This document shows, piece by piece, positions 9,336-19,493 of a stretch of 64,000 nt of DNA. Made by a program: the position numbers and the translations under genes. The DNA is taken from assembly GCA_040217195.1 (NCBI GenBank), contig JAVJNR010000003.1, forward strand, positions 576,001 through 640,000. Reading direction: 5' to 3'. How positions within the stretch are numbered: the first letter of the stretch is position 1; each line of letters starts with the position of its first letter. The notes under the pieces are model-generated. The model saw nothing but the letters and a program-made list of their open reading frames with translations. It had not been told where the DNA came from and made no database searches. Source of the stretch: Leptospiraceae bacterium. GTDB taxonomy: Bacteria > Spirochaetota > Leptospiria > Leptospirales > Leptonemataceae.

Positions 9336-10838
9336 ATGGCATCCACCAGGAAAAAGGCATCTAACCAAACTGTAACAAAAAAGAAATCCACGGCAAAGAA
9401 GTCCTCCAGAAAGACTGCAGTCAAAAAATCAGCTTCTAAAAAGAGCGCCGTAAAAAAGAAGCCTGTTCCTAAACCAGACTCCCGAATCAAAACCGCCAGC
9501 GGCGCAAGAAAAATCACCGCAAAACCGACGGCTGCTGCACCTTCCTATCTGAAAGTATTTCCGAAGACTTTCCTTTGGGGTACGGCTACAGCAGCCACCC
9601 AGGTGGATGGCGGAGACGTTCATTCTGATTGGGCTGCCTTTTCACAGAAGCCGGGCAATATAGCCGATGGAAAAGACTGTCTCACTGCATGCGATCACTG
9701 GAATCGCTACGAAGAAGACTTTAAGCTTATGAAGTCCATGGGACTGAATGCCTACCGACTGGGCGTGGACTGGTCCAGGATGGAACCAAGACCAGGCGAA
9801 TTCGATCATGCAGCTCTGAATCATTTCCGATCCATGCTGGATTCGCTAAACAGGAAAGGGATTCGCCCTCTACTAACGTTGAATCATTTTACGGTACCTC
9901 AGTGGTGGCTTGATCGTGGAGGCTGGACATCGGAAAAGAACCTACAGCCATTCATGGATTTCGCATCCTACATAGTGGAAAATACCGGAGACCTGGTTTG
10001 CGAATACACTACCATCAATGAACCCAACGTATACTCCATGTTCGCTTATATGGAAGGCATATGGCCACCGGCAAGCAGCGGTATCACCGGATATCTAAAG
10101 GCCATGAAAGTGCTGCGAAATATGGCTCTGGCTCAGGGCAAGCTCTATGACATGATCCATGAAACCCATGGTCGCAAAGGTTTCTCCGCTGCCACAGTGG
10201 GAATGGCCAAGCACGTACGAATCTTCGATCCTGCAAGACCGGAGAATAGACTGGACCGGGACCGGGCAGCAGAAGCCGACTATCGCTTCAATCTTATGTG
10301 GACCGATTCCATCCACGATGGTCGCCTGCAGGGCGCTCTGGGTAAAAATGAAAAATTCCATGATGGACCGGCCTGGGATTTTGTTGGATTGAACTACTAT
10401 TCCCGGGATAAGATTCGCTTCTCTCCTCTGGCCTTTGCCAGGCTATTCATTGAGCAGGACAAGGTTGGAGACGTTCCCACCAACGACCTGGGATGGGAGA
10501 TCTATCCAGAAGGACTGTACAGAGTCATCCACCAATTCCATGATAGATACAGATTGCCCATTCGAATCACTGAGAACGGAATTGCAGATGCGCAGGATAG
10601 TAGAAGAGAACACTTTCTGGTCTCTCATGTTCAGCAGATTGCTCGCTGCCTGGAAGAAGGCATTCCGGTGGAAGGATATTACCACTGGTCCTTTCTGGAT
10701 AACTTCGAATGGGCCGAAGGATACACGGCCCAATTCGGACTGGTGCATGTAGATTTTCAGAGCCAAAAAAGAACGCTCCGTAATTCCGGAACAGCCTACA
10801 AAAAAATGATTGCCCGGGCCGGAAAATCCAGCCGATGA
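9336..10838 (+). CDS. Glycoside hydrolase family 1 (beta-glucosidase) with Lys-rich N-terminal extension
   Basis: GGAG RBS; FPKTFLWGTATAATQVDG, TINEP (acid/base), ITENG (nucleophile), WSFLDNFEWAEGY. Confidence 0.93.
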   Translation: MASTRKKASNQTVTKKKSTAKKSSRKTAVKKSASKKSAVKKKPVPKPDSRIKTASGARKITAKPTAAAPSYLKVFPKTFLWGTATAATQVDGGDVHSDWAAFSQKPGNIADGKDCLTACDHWNRYEEDFKLMKSMGLNAYRLGVDWSRMEPRPGEFDHAALNHFRSMLDSLNRKGIRPLLTLNHFTVPQWWLDRGGWTSEKNLQPFMDFASYIVENTGDLVCEYTTINEPNVYSMFAYMEGIWPPASSGITGYLKAMKVLRNMALAQGKLYDMIHETHGRKGFSAATVGMAKHVRIFDPARPENRLDRDRAAEADYRFNLMWTDSIHDGRLQGALGKNEKFHDGPAWDFVGLNYYSRDKIRFSPLAFARLFIEQDKVGDVPTNDLGWEIYPEGLYRVIHQFHDRYRLPIRITENGIADAQDSRREHFLVSHVQQIARCLEEGIPVEGYYHWSFLDNFEWAEGYTAQFGLVHVDFQSQKRTLRNSGTAYKKMIARAGKSSR

Positions 10839-10844
10839 ATTAGC

Positions 10845-11117
10845 GTGGCCTGTCTCCATGATGCAGACATTATGAATTATAGCCTGGGGCGTAGTGGCGA
10901 TCCAGGTATAAGGCAACATATGTCTCATTGTCGCAAATGCCAGAAGCGGATGGAAAACCTGGAAGCTGGCTTGGTAGAATCCGCAGAAGAAGAGGCTCTG
11001 CCCAATGCTCCTCTGGCACCTGCTATTCAATTACTGGATCAGAAGGCCGCTCCATCCGGTGAGAACAGATCTGATTCTGACAGACAAAAACGGAAAAGAC
11101 CTGCGCGAGCGGTGTAA
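10845..11117 (+). CDS. Small protein with zinc-binding anti-sigma-like (ZAS/zf-HC2) motif
   Basis: MACLH...HMSHCRKC (HxxxCxxC); fills the gap between GH1 and purM. Confidence 0.55.
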   Translation: MACLHDADIMNYSLGRSGDPGIRQHMSHCRKCQKRMENLEAGLVESAEEEALPNAPLAPAIQLLDQKAAPSGENRSDSDRQKRKRPARAV

Positions 11118-11129
11118 GAAATCGGTCGT

Positions 11130-12197
11130 ATGGACCGAAAGACTGTAAGCTACAAAGATGCCGGCGTAGATACGGAAGCCGGACAGCGCTTTGTGCAGGC
11201 CATTGGCCGTTCAGTAAAATCCACACATGATGACCGAGTGCTAGGCCCCACAGGCGGCTTCAGTGCTCTCTACGACGCTTCCTTTCTCAAAGAGTATGAC
11301 CATCCTGTACTGGTTTCTGCCACCGATGGTGTGGGTACCAAGCTGGTACTGGCCCAGCTATTCGACCGCCATGAATCCGTAGGCATTGATCTTGTGGCCA
11401 TGTGTGCCAATGATCTGCTTGTAGGTGGAGCAAAGGCCCATTTCTTTCTGGATTACATTGCCACCGGGAAGCTGGAAGAGCGCTCCATGGCCGCTATTGT
11501 AGAATCCATTGCTGAAGGCTGCCGACGGGCTCAATGTTCCCTGGTAGGCGGCGAAACAGCAGAACATCCAGGAGTAATGAAGCCTCATGAATATGACCTG
11601 GCTGGATTTGTAGTAGGAGCGGTGGAAAAATCACGCATCGTAGATGGCAGCAAGGTTCAACCCGGAGATGTAATTCTAGGACTTCCGTCCAGCGGAATTC
11701 ATAGCAATGGCATTTCTCTCATTCGCAAATTATACTTACCGGATAACAAACTACCGGAGAATTCCGAACTACAGTCCTTTCTCAGAGATGACATACTTCT
11801 TCGTCCAACCATCATCTATGAGCCAATGATTCGACCTATACTTGAATCAGCCATCCATGGAATGGTCCATGTAACCGGTGGAGGCTTCTATGAAAATGTT
11901 CCTCGCATACTCTCCGATGACCTGGCCGCAGAATTCAATACCTGGAAACTGCCCTCCCCTTTTAGTAGAATTCAGTTAGATGCAGGATTACCCTTGAAAG
12001 AAATGCTTTCTACGTTTAATTGTGGGTATGGCTATCTAATTGTTGTTCCGGAGGACTCGGCAGCAGGTATGCTCAATAGATTAAACGAACTATGGGAGCA
12101 GCTTCCCTTCGATACAATGACAGAACAAAAGCCTGCCAAACTGGGTATGATTGTTCCTCGTCGAGGAAAGCAAAGTGTAATATTTCTGGATGAATAG
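11130..12197 (+). CDS. purM: Phosphoribosylformylglycinamidine cyclo-ligase (AIR synthase)
   Basis: SYKDAGVD, TDGVGTK, GGETAEHP, SSGIHSNG, HVTGGG, TFNCG. Confidence 0.97.
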   Translation: MDRKTVSYKDAGVDTEAGQRFVQAIGRSVKSTHDDRVLGPTGGFSALYDASFLKEYDHPVLVSATDGVGTKLVLAQLFDRHESVGIDLVAMCANDLLVGGAKAHFFLDYIATGKLEERSMAAIVESIAEGCRRAQCSLVGGETAEHPGVMKPHEYDLAGFVVGAVEKSRIVDGSKVQPGDVILGLPSSGIHSNGISLIRKLYLPDNKLPENSELQSFLRDDILLRPTIIYEPMIRPILESAIHGMVHVTGGGFYENVPRILSDDLAAEFNTWKLPSPFSRIQLDAGLPLKEMLSTFNCGYGYLIVVPEDSAAGMLNRLNELWEQLPFDTMTEQKPAKLGMIVPRRGKQSVIFLDE

Positions 12198-13323
12198 CGA
12201 AACCAACATTGCTCTAAACGATTTATCACTGGAAGAGCTGGAAGATTGTTTCTGTGACCTGGGAGAAAAGCGATTTCGTGCCAAGCAGGCATTTCGCAGA
12301 ATTCATCTCCATGGTGCAAGATCTCTTGATGAATTTACAGAATTCTCTGTACCCCTCCGACAGAGATTAAAGGAGCTGAATGCCCTTCCAGAACTATATT
12401 GCAGCGAAAGCAGTGTATCATCCAACGGAACCGAGAAGTATATATTTGAATCTCCGGAAGAAGTGCCTGGAAGGGATGGCACCAGAAAGCGAATCTTTGA
12501 AGCAGTGTGGATTGTATCCGATGGCAAAGATGAGCGTACCAGAAAAACTCTATGTATTTCCAGCCAGGCAGGATGCACGTTAAACTGTACCTTTTGCGCC
12601 ACCGGCACATTGCCTTTTATTGGAAATCTTCGCACCTATGAAATCCTGGATCAGATCTATCAGATCATGCATCTGCGAAATGAAAGAATAACCAACGTAG
12701 TATTCATGGGCATGGGAGAGCCTTTTCACAACTATGACAACGTAATTCGCGCCGCCAGAATCCTGAATCATCCGGATGGATTTCACCTGGCGGCCAGACA
12801 TATTACCATTTCCACAGCAGGTGTAGTTCCTGCCATTCATCGCTACATCGATGAAAGACAGCCTTTTAATCTGGCCATTTCCCTGAATCATTCGGACCCG
12901 GAAAAACGCAAGGAGCTCATGGATGTAACCCTGAAGCATTCACTGCATGAACTACTGGATGCAGCCCGGCGATATACCAGAGAACTACGAAGGAGAATCA
13001 CTTTCGAGTATATCATGATTCCGGATCAAAACATGGGCAGCGAAGATCTGGAAAAGCTAATTGATATTACTCGAAAGGTTCGCTGCAAAATTAATCTCAT
13101 TCCATTGAACACAACCTTACATGGTTGGAGGGCCCCTTCGGCTCCGGAGATGAGGCGATTTCAGCAAGCGTTGCGCGATGAAGGCGTACTGGCCTTCAAT
13201 CGCGGTAGCCCGGGAAAAGATGTGGATGGGGCCTGTGGAATGCTTGCTCTAAAAACTCTAAAATCGGGCTCATCCGCTACTGCCACAAATTCAGCAGAGC
13301 AAGATAGGGCCATCAGCGGATGA
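12190..13323 (+). CDS. rlmN: 23S rRNA (A2503-C2)/tRNA methyltransferase RlmN
   Basis: CISSQAGCTLNCTFCATG radical-SAM motif, VFMGMGEP, NLIPLN, DVDGACGML. Confidence 0.96.
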   Translation: MNSETNIALNDLSLEELEDCFCDLGEKRFRAKQAFRRIHLHGARSLDEFTEFSVPLRQRLKELNALPELYCSESSVSSNGTEKYIFESPEEVPGRDGTRKRIFEAVWIVSDGKDERTRKTLCISSQAGCTLNCTFCATGTLPFIGNLRTYEILDQIYQIMHLRNERITNVVFMGMGEPFHNYDNVIRAARILNHPDGFHLAARHITISTAGVVPAIHRYIDERQPFNLAISLNHSDPEKRKELMDVTLKHSLHELLDAARRYTRELRRRITFEYIMIPDQNMGSEDLEKLIDITRKVRCKINLIPLNTTLHGWRAPSAPEMRRFQQALRDEGVLAFNRGSPGKDVDGACGMLALKTLKSGSSATATNSAEQDRAISG

Positions 13324-15386
13324 TTCGCATCCTGTTCTATGGACAGGATGGCCGGCATTCGGTGGAGCAGGCACGGTATAGCAATCCCCGCAAGTCATTG
13401 AGAATCAATGCCAGTTCTACCCCATCCTACGAAACCATTCTAGATGGACTGAACACAATCGATCTATGGAAAGAGACATTCCATGTTGTTTGCCTGTTCA
13501 GCTACGAAATGGGATGCATTCTACAGAGACTGCCTATGCCAGGTAACCTGCCCCCGGATTATCCTGTAATGGCTGCCTTTGCATTTTCGCAACCAGATAG
13601 TCCAGATTCAAATGATCCAGCCAAATACAGAGATGATGCCGCCGGGAAATTTGTAGCCCTTCCGGAAGGCTCAGAGCTTCAAGAACACATCAGAGATTCC
13701 AGATTTCAGACCCGGCCCGGAAAGCCAGAACTGCAAACAGGCCCGGGGAAATCGCAGATGGTTCGGCAGTCAGGCTTTGATCTTGGACGCTCCAGATTAC
13801 CGTTCCAGAAATCTGAATATTCCAGGCATATTGAATCCATACATGAGAAGATCAGAGATGGACTTAGTTATCAGGTAAATTTTACGGCTCCAGTTCAGGT
13901 GCCCTTCTCAGGCAATCCCGAAGAGCTATTTCACTGGCTTCGCCGACGGTACCCCTCTCCTCACAGCGTTTTCATAGATCTATTGGACCGGCAGATTGTC
14001 AGCATTTCTCCGGAGCTATTCTTTCAAATGCAGTCCGTGCAAACGTACAGCCCGGCCCATGGCGAGAAAGCAGCACGAAGGCATGCAAAAAGTAATACAA
14101 AGACCTTTTCCAGTGGTTATCGCCTGGAAGTAAGACCAATGAAAGGTACGGTTCGAGCCAGCAAGGATCCAGTACAGGATGAATTGCTAAAAGAGAAGCT
14201 GATGGAAAGTGCAAAGGATCGTGCGGAGTTGGCCATGATAACCGATTTACTTCGAAATGACCTGGGTAAGATCAGCCCGGCTGGCGCAGTAAGTCTGGAT
14301 AAAGCCATTCAGCCTGAATCTTACACCTATGTTCATCAGTTAACGTCCGTGATCACTGGCTTCCATAAAACCGGTAATCTGGCAGATATTGTTCCTTCTC
14401 TTTTTCCTTCAGGTTCCATTACCGGAGCCCCCAGAAGAGAAACAATGAAAATAATCAACCAGGAAGAAGCAGGACATTATAGAGGAGTCTACACTGGTTC
14501 TCTGGGACTGATCAATAAAGATGAAGCCCGGTTCAATGTGGCCATTCGCACAGCAGAGGTATGCAAAGGTTCATTGCGTTACGGAGCTGGCGGAGGAATT
14601 ACTCTGGGATCTGCGGCCGAGCAGGAATGGAAAGAACTGCACTGGAAGGCCAGGCCTGTAAAGACAGACTTACCTGGATTAATCGAAACTATGGCCTTGA
14701 AGCGGGGCCGAATCAAGAATAAGAGTCAACACTTAAATCGGATGCTTCGCTCTGCCAGAATCCTGGGAATCGTGCCTGGACTCACTGATACCGACGAATC
14801 CGACAATGACAGATCAAATGATCCTGTAGCCCGTTCCAGAAATTCAAATATTCAAGAGAATGCAAAGCAGATTCTAAACGATTACTTCAGCGATCTGGAG
14901 TCCAATCATGGCTCAGGTACTTTTCGCCTCAGGGTTCACCTCAGTGCAAAGGGCGAAGTCTCTCATCAGATTCAAAACCTGGAAAATGTTTCGCAGCAGA
15001 GTCATTCGAATCCCTGGAGATTGGTGCTGGCATCTCATCCAATGAGCAGTAAAGATCGATGGTTACTACATAAAGTGGATCGCAGAAGTTGCTACAATGA
15101 AGGGCTTGCAAAAGCAAGGGATTCAGGGTATGATGAAATCTTGTTTTACAATGAAAAAAATGAAATCACCGAAGGATCCATAACCAATGTGTTCTATTTG
15201 ATGAATGGTCACTGGTTCACTCCACCGCTCAGATGCGGACTTTTGCCTGGAATTCAACGTAGTAAAATTCTAAAACGATGGCCTCAGTATGTGGCCCTGC
15301 GCCCATTGCAACTAAAGGAACTTTCCAGAGTCCAAAGGATTGTTCTGGTTAATTCCCTTCGAGGCCTGGTTGAGGCAACCCTATGA
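13320..15386 (+). CDS. pabB: Fused aminodeoxychorismate synthase component I / ADC lyase (PabB-PabC)
   Basis: SPELFF, PMKGT, KDRAELAMITDLLRNDLG, PSGSITGAP; then class-IV aminotransferase motifs HLNRM, EITEGSITNVF, GLLPGIQR. Confidence 0.88.
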   Translation: MIRILFYGQDGRHSVEQARYSNPRKSLRINASSTPSYETILDGLNTIDLWKETFHVVCLFSYEMGCILQRLPMPGNLPPDYPVMAAFAFSQPDSPDSNDPAKYRDDAAGKFVALPEGSELQEHIRDSRFQTRPGKPELQTGPGKSQMVRQSGFDLGRSRLPFQKSEYSRHIESIHEKIRDGLSYQVNFTAPVQVPFSGNPEELFHWLRRRYPSPHSVFIDLLDRQIVSISPELFFQMQSVQTYSPAHGEKAARRHAKSNTKTFSSGYRLEVRPMKGTVRASKDPVQDELLKEKLMESAKDRAELAMITDLLRNDLGKISPAGAVSLDKAIQPESYTYVHQLTSVITGFHKTGNLADIVPSLFPSGSITGAPRRETMKIINQEEAGHYRGVYTGSLGLINKDEARFNVAIRTAEVCKGSLRYGAGGGITLGSAAEQEWKELHWKARPVKTDLPGLIETMALKRGRIKNKSQHLNRMLRSARILGIVPGLTDTDESDNDRSNDPVARSRNSNIQENAKQILNDYFSDLESNHGSGTFRLRVHLSAKGEVSHQIQNLENVSQQSHSNPWRLVLASHPMSSKDRWLLHKVDRRSCYNEGLAKARDSGYDEILFYNEKNEITEGSITNVFYLMNGHWFTPPLRCGLLPGIQRSKILKRWPQYVALRPLQLKELSRVQRIVLVNSLRGLVEATL

Positions 15387-16276
15387 AAGGATTAATACGT
15401 CGATTTATTCTAACTTCCCTGGGCATACTCAGCGCCACCGTAGGACTGAAGTCTTTCCTGTTACCCAATGGATTTCTGGATGGAGGTGTGACCGGAGTCA
15501 GTCTGCTTGTAAATTTGCTCTACGGAGTTGATATATCCATCCTTCTGGTTGTGTTTAATCTTCCTTTCATTCTGCTAGGAATACGACACATCAACATGTC
15601 ATTTTCGATTCAGACTCTACTGGCTATTCTGGGCCTGGCTCTGGCCATTCGATTTCTGGAGCTTCCCATTGTTACCGATGATAAATTGCTGATATCTGGA
15701 TTTGGAGGCTTTTTCCTGGGAGCGGGCATCGGACTTTCCATTCGGGGAGGTAGTGTTCTGGATGGAACCGAGATTATGGCCATCTATCTGGGAAAGAAGA
15801 CCAGCCTGGCCGTGGGAGATATTGTTCTGATAATGAACATTCTCATCTTTGGCGTGGCGGCAGCCGTTGTTGATATGGAAACAGCGCTTTATGCAATACT
15901 CACCTATTTTGCAGCATCCAAGACCATCGACTTTATTATTCATGGTCTGGAAGAATACACAGCCATGACCATCATCTCGGAGAAAAGCGATGAAATCCGC
16001 TACATGCTTACAGAGAAGCTGGGTCTGGGAGTAACCCTTTTCAGGGGCCATAAAGGCTATGTAAGGACCACAGAGAGCAAACCAGGGGATGCACCGGTCC
16101 GCTATGAGTCTGAAGACCGGGACATAAATATTGTATATACTGTACTCACTCGATTGGAGGTTGCCTCGGTTCGAGCCGATATTGAGCAAATAGATCCATC
16201 GGCTTTCATAATACAAAGCGTGGTGGATGAAACCAGAGGGGGGATGATTAAAAAGAGATCCAGGAAGCATTTTTAA
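15383..16276 (+). CDS. YitT-family membrane protein (DUF161/DUF2179)
   Basis: FLLPNGFLDGGVTG, GSVLDGTEI, IDPSAFI. Confidence 0.9.
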   Translation: MKGLIRRFILTSLGILSATVGLKSFLLPNGFLDGGVTGVSLLVNLLYGVDISILLVVFNLPFILLGIRHINMSFSIQTLLAILGLALAIRFLELPIVTDDKLLISGFGGFFLGAGIGLSIRGGSVLDGTEIMAIYLGKKTSLAVGDIVLIMNILIFGVAAAVVDMETALYAILTYFAASKTIDFIIHGLEEYTAMTIISEKSDEIRYMLTEKLGLGVTLFRGHKGYVRTTESKPGDAPVRYESEDRDINIVYTVLTRLEVASVRADIEQIDPSAFIIQSVVDETRGGMIKKRSRKHF

Positions 16277-16340
16277 AGCTGGGCTGTCAAAAAAACTGGA
16301 CGCCAGCAGATGAAGAATGTGTGATCATCGCTAAAGGGGA

Positions 16341-17690
16341 ATGCTTGCTCTCTATAAAAAGTATGTGCCGGCTTTTGTATTAAACAGGCTGGCAACCAAT
16401 CCGGCCCCTCCACAGAAGCCCTATTCAGAGAACTTCCAGGCCGCAGCCCTATTTGCGGATATTGCTCAATTCACAATTGTCACGGAAAAAATCATGAGCC
16501 AGTCCCGAACTGGCTTATTGGAACTTGCAGGAATCATCAATAAGTACCTGGGCCGCCAAATCGAGCTGATCGATGAGTTTGGCGGAGACATTTTCAAGTT
16601 TGCTGGAGATGCTGTTTTCGCAGTCTGGAAAGCGGAAAGCCCGGAGGATCTGAAAGAACAAACCCGTAAGACTGTTCAATGTGCCCTGGCCATCCAGAAG
16701 GAATTAAGCAACTTTCCCATTGCTCGAGACATCGAGGTTTCGCTGCGAATTGGCATTGGAGCCGGGCCAATGACAGCCCTGAGCCTGGGCGGTCTGTTTG
16801 AACGATGGGAAATCCTGGTCGCCGGAGATACTGTCAGGCAGACTGCTCTTGCAGAAAAAGAAGCAGAGCCAGGAACTGTAGTGATACACCCCAGAGCATG
16901 GCAAATCCTGGAAAGAGGAGGAATGGGCGAAAAAATCAGCTCCAGGATTTTTAAGCTAAAACATTCCGATCCAAATCTGGGTAGCGTTCGACAGACCAGT
17001 CGAATCCGCGCCATTGAAGAAAGAGCCGAAGAGGCCCTTCGCTGCTATATACCTCGCTCAATCGTCACCATTGTTGGCACAGATGAAAAGCCCACATCTC
17101 TGGAAGAGCAATTCGCCGAGCGAATTGTATCTGTACTCTTTATAAATATTGAGGACTGGTCCCTCAGTTTTCCTCTGGAACGACTGCATAGAATACTTCA
17201 GATTGTTCAGGGCTGCCTCTATCGCTATGAAGGCAGCATTAACCGATTTGGCATAGAAGACAAAGGCTCCGTAATCCTGGCAGCCTTTGGCCTACCTCCT
17301 CTATTTCATGGCGATGATCCTTTGCGCGCCCTCTATGCAGCCAGAGACATTGTAAGAGAATTAAGCGAATTGGGACACAGAGCCACCACAGGCGTGGCTA
17401 CTGGCCTGGTCTTCTGCGGCCCCATGGGAAATGACATTCGCAGCGAATACACAATGCATGGAAACGTGGTAAACCTGGCCGCCCGCCTCATGCAGGCCTC
17501 AGATGGGGTCTACTGTGATGCAGCGTCCTATTATCTAATGGAAGACCTGGCTTTCAAACCGGCTCCAGAAAGTCAGGATCGAGCCATCCATGCAGCCAGT
17601 CGGGAGCGTCTGGAGTTCCAGGCGCTGGACCCAATGAAGGTAAAAGGCAGGCAGGATCCGGTTCAAATGTACAGGCTCAAGGGCCACTAG
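16341..17690 (+). CDS. Class III adenylate/guanylate cyclase with two tandem catalytic domains (sAC/ADCY10-like)
   Basis: C1: FADIAQFT, GGDIFKFAGDA; C2: EDKG...FGLPP, GVATG, EYTMHGNVVNLAARLM, VKGR. Confidence 0.9.
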   Translation: MLALYKKYVPAFVLNRLATNPAPPQKPYSENFQAAALFADIAQFTIVTEKIMSQSRTGLLELAGIINKYLGRQIELIDEFGGDIFKFAGDAVFAVWKAESPEDLKEQTRKTVQCALAIQKELSNFPIARDIEVSLRIGIGAGPMTALSLGGLFERWEILVAGDTVRQTALAEKEAEPGTVVIHPRAWQILERGGMGEKISSRIFKLKHSDPNLGSVRQTSRIRAIEERAEEALRCYIPRSIVTIVGTDEKPTSLEEQFAERIVSVLFINIEDWSLSFPLERLHRILQIVQGCLYRYEGSINRFGIEDKGSVILAAFGLPPLFHGDDPLRALYAARDIVRELSELGHRATTGVATGLVFCGPMGNDIRSEYTMHGNVVNLAARLMQASDGVYCDAASYYLMEDLAFKPAPESQDRAIHAASRERLEFQALDPMKVKGRQDPVQMYRLKGH

Positions 17691-17776
17691 GCCTATCGCC
17701 GCCCTACAGGACTCTATAATGCTCTTCGTAAGTTACTCGACGGAGAGGTCCCATCTTTCAGTCTCTGTCCATTACC

Positions 17777-18574
17777 ATGAAACAATCAGTACACGATATT
17801 CGCAAAAGGATACTGGTTCTGGCAGCCGTTTTCCTGATTACCAGTCTTGTCAGCTGCCAACTACTGAGCTCCATCGGCAACTCCCATGGAGCGCCAATTG
17901 GAGCTCTCTCCAGACAGGCAATGATTCAGCTCCCGGAATCACCCAACGATTGCCCCAATAGTTTTGATTATTTTCCTGATGGCGGGATTCGCTCCTTCTA
18001 TTGTCATATAAAGGGAGTCATCTCCTACGAAGAGGCGCGAACCCTGGTGCCTGTATCAATATTTCTTTCCGGTCCCCATGGTGAAACCCTAGCACTGGAT
18101 AGGGCAGACTCCTTTGGTCATTACAACCCAGAATTTGTTGAAATGCTCGTAGAATATGGAGTACCGGGATCTGAAAGTGAAGAATTCAGAAAAGCAACTC
18201 AGATTATTTACGATCGGTATGTTGCCTCCCTGGCGCGAATCATGTATGTTACATATCGCAAATTCCAGAACAATCCGGAGCTACTTCGCAAAGAGGCGAA
18301 TACTTTGCAATACAAGCTTCGAGATGGAAGTGTGGACTCAATGTACTATGAGAAGTATTTCTATTTCATGAATCCGGGATTTGCAGAAAACCCTGATGGC
18401 GGTTTTGAGTACTTTTCAGATAGAGGCTTCGATGGTGGATATAGCGGAAATGTGGTCAAGACCGCAGCCTATTTCTGGATTCGCCGTAGCCTTGATGGAA
18501 CGGACAAAGCTTTTTTTAGAGGATTGATGAAGCTCATGCGCACTTACGACTCGGCCTATCTACAAAGCCGATGA
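17777..18574 (+). CDS. Hypothetical lipoprotein
   Basis: Lipobox-like LVSC after a hydrophobic stretch; aromatic-rich globular domain. Confidence 0.7.
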   Translation: MKQSVHDIRKRILVLAAVFLITSLVSCQLLSSIGNSHGAPIGALSRQAMIQLPESPNDCPNSFDYFPDGGIRSFYCHIKGVISYEEARTLVPVSIFLSGPHGETLALDRADSFGHYNPEFVEMLVEYGVPGSESEEFRKATQIIYDRYVASLARIMYVTYRKFQNNPELLRKEANTLQYKLRDGSVDSMYYEKYFYFMNPGFAENPDGGFEYFSDRGFDGGYSGNVVKTAAYFWIRRSLDGTDKAFFRGLMKLMRTYDSAYLQSR

Positions 18575-18693
18575 GTTCGTATTCTTTCGCGAAGATACCT
18601 GAGCCGGAAACCTGCAGAACCGAACATGGCGATCTAGATCGTCCATAAGGCAGGGCAAAGGCTGAGTCAGAAAAATGGAAACGAGGTAAGACT

Positions 18694-19452
18694 ATGGCAC
18701 GAAAATTAACCATTCTGGCTGGAATTGCACTACTTATCATTACCGTCATGATGACTCTGGTTGGCCCCGGAAACGTAACCGGTATGCCAGAAGGATTCGT
18801 AACTCCTATTATGGCATTCGAGTTTCTGCGTAGCCCTCAAGAAGTATATTCCATGTTCGATATTACCTTGCAGGAAAGTACTACGGGAATTGTACCAGCC
18901 TGCCAGGCGTTAACATCGGAGGCTAGCTACAGGATAGCCACTCTGGATGCAATCAATCATCTGGACTCTGGTTACATTCTGGCCTACACCGCTTTTATTG
19001 TTTTTCTGGGAAGTATGCGCTTTGGCTCCAATCGAAAGGGCCTTAGCATAGTATGGATTCTGGCAGTGCTGGCTATGGTATTTGATATTCTGGAAAACAT
19101 AGCCCTGCTTGGAATCACAGAAGCTTTAAATTACTGTCTGGTCTGGTCCGAAAATCAGAACGGACCGGCAATCATAGAAAATTGGGTTCATTTGCTAATC
19201 CCCTTTACGCATATTAAATGGGCCTCCATTGGGCTGGCCTTTCTCTGGATGGTTCGTGCCGATGCTCCTGAAAGCAGTCTGGCTCTCTGGTCCCGGCGAG
19301 CTTCTATTGCCTTTGCCTTATTGGCTCTAATCTTTCTGGTGGTGGGCATGTTCCACAGATCCTTTGTAAATGAACTGATGGGACTTTGTGTGGCCCTTTG
19401 TTTCCTGACCAGTTTTATTGAGGCAATATTCAACAAAGCTGCAAGTCGTTGA
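18694..19452 (+). CDS. Hypothetical multi-pass membrane protein
   Basis: GAGG RBS; about 6 hydrophobic segments; FDILEN motif. Confidence 0.75.
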   Translation: MARKLTILAGIALLIITVMMTLVGPGNVTGMPEGFVTPIMAFEFLRSPQEVYSMFDITLQESTTGIVPACQALTSEASYRIATLDAINHLDSGYILAYTAFIVFLGSMRFGSNRKGLSIVWILAVLAMVFDILENIALLGITEALNYCLVWSENQNGPAIIENWVHLLIPFTHIKWASIGLAFLWMVRADAPESSLALWSRRASIAFALLALIFLVVGMFHRSFVNELMGLCVALCFLTSFIEAIFNKAASR

Positions 19453-19493
19453 CATTTTCTTTGCATTGATTCATTTCGTGCTCGGAAACCAGA

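Noticed and set aside
15617..16270. 217-aa - strand ORF
   Set aside because: Antisense shadow of the YitT gene
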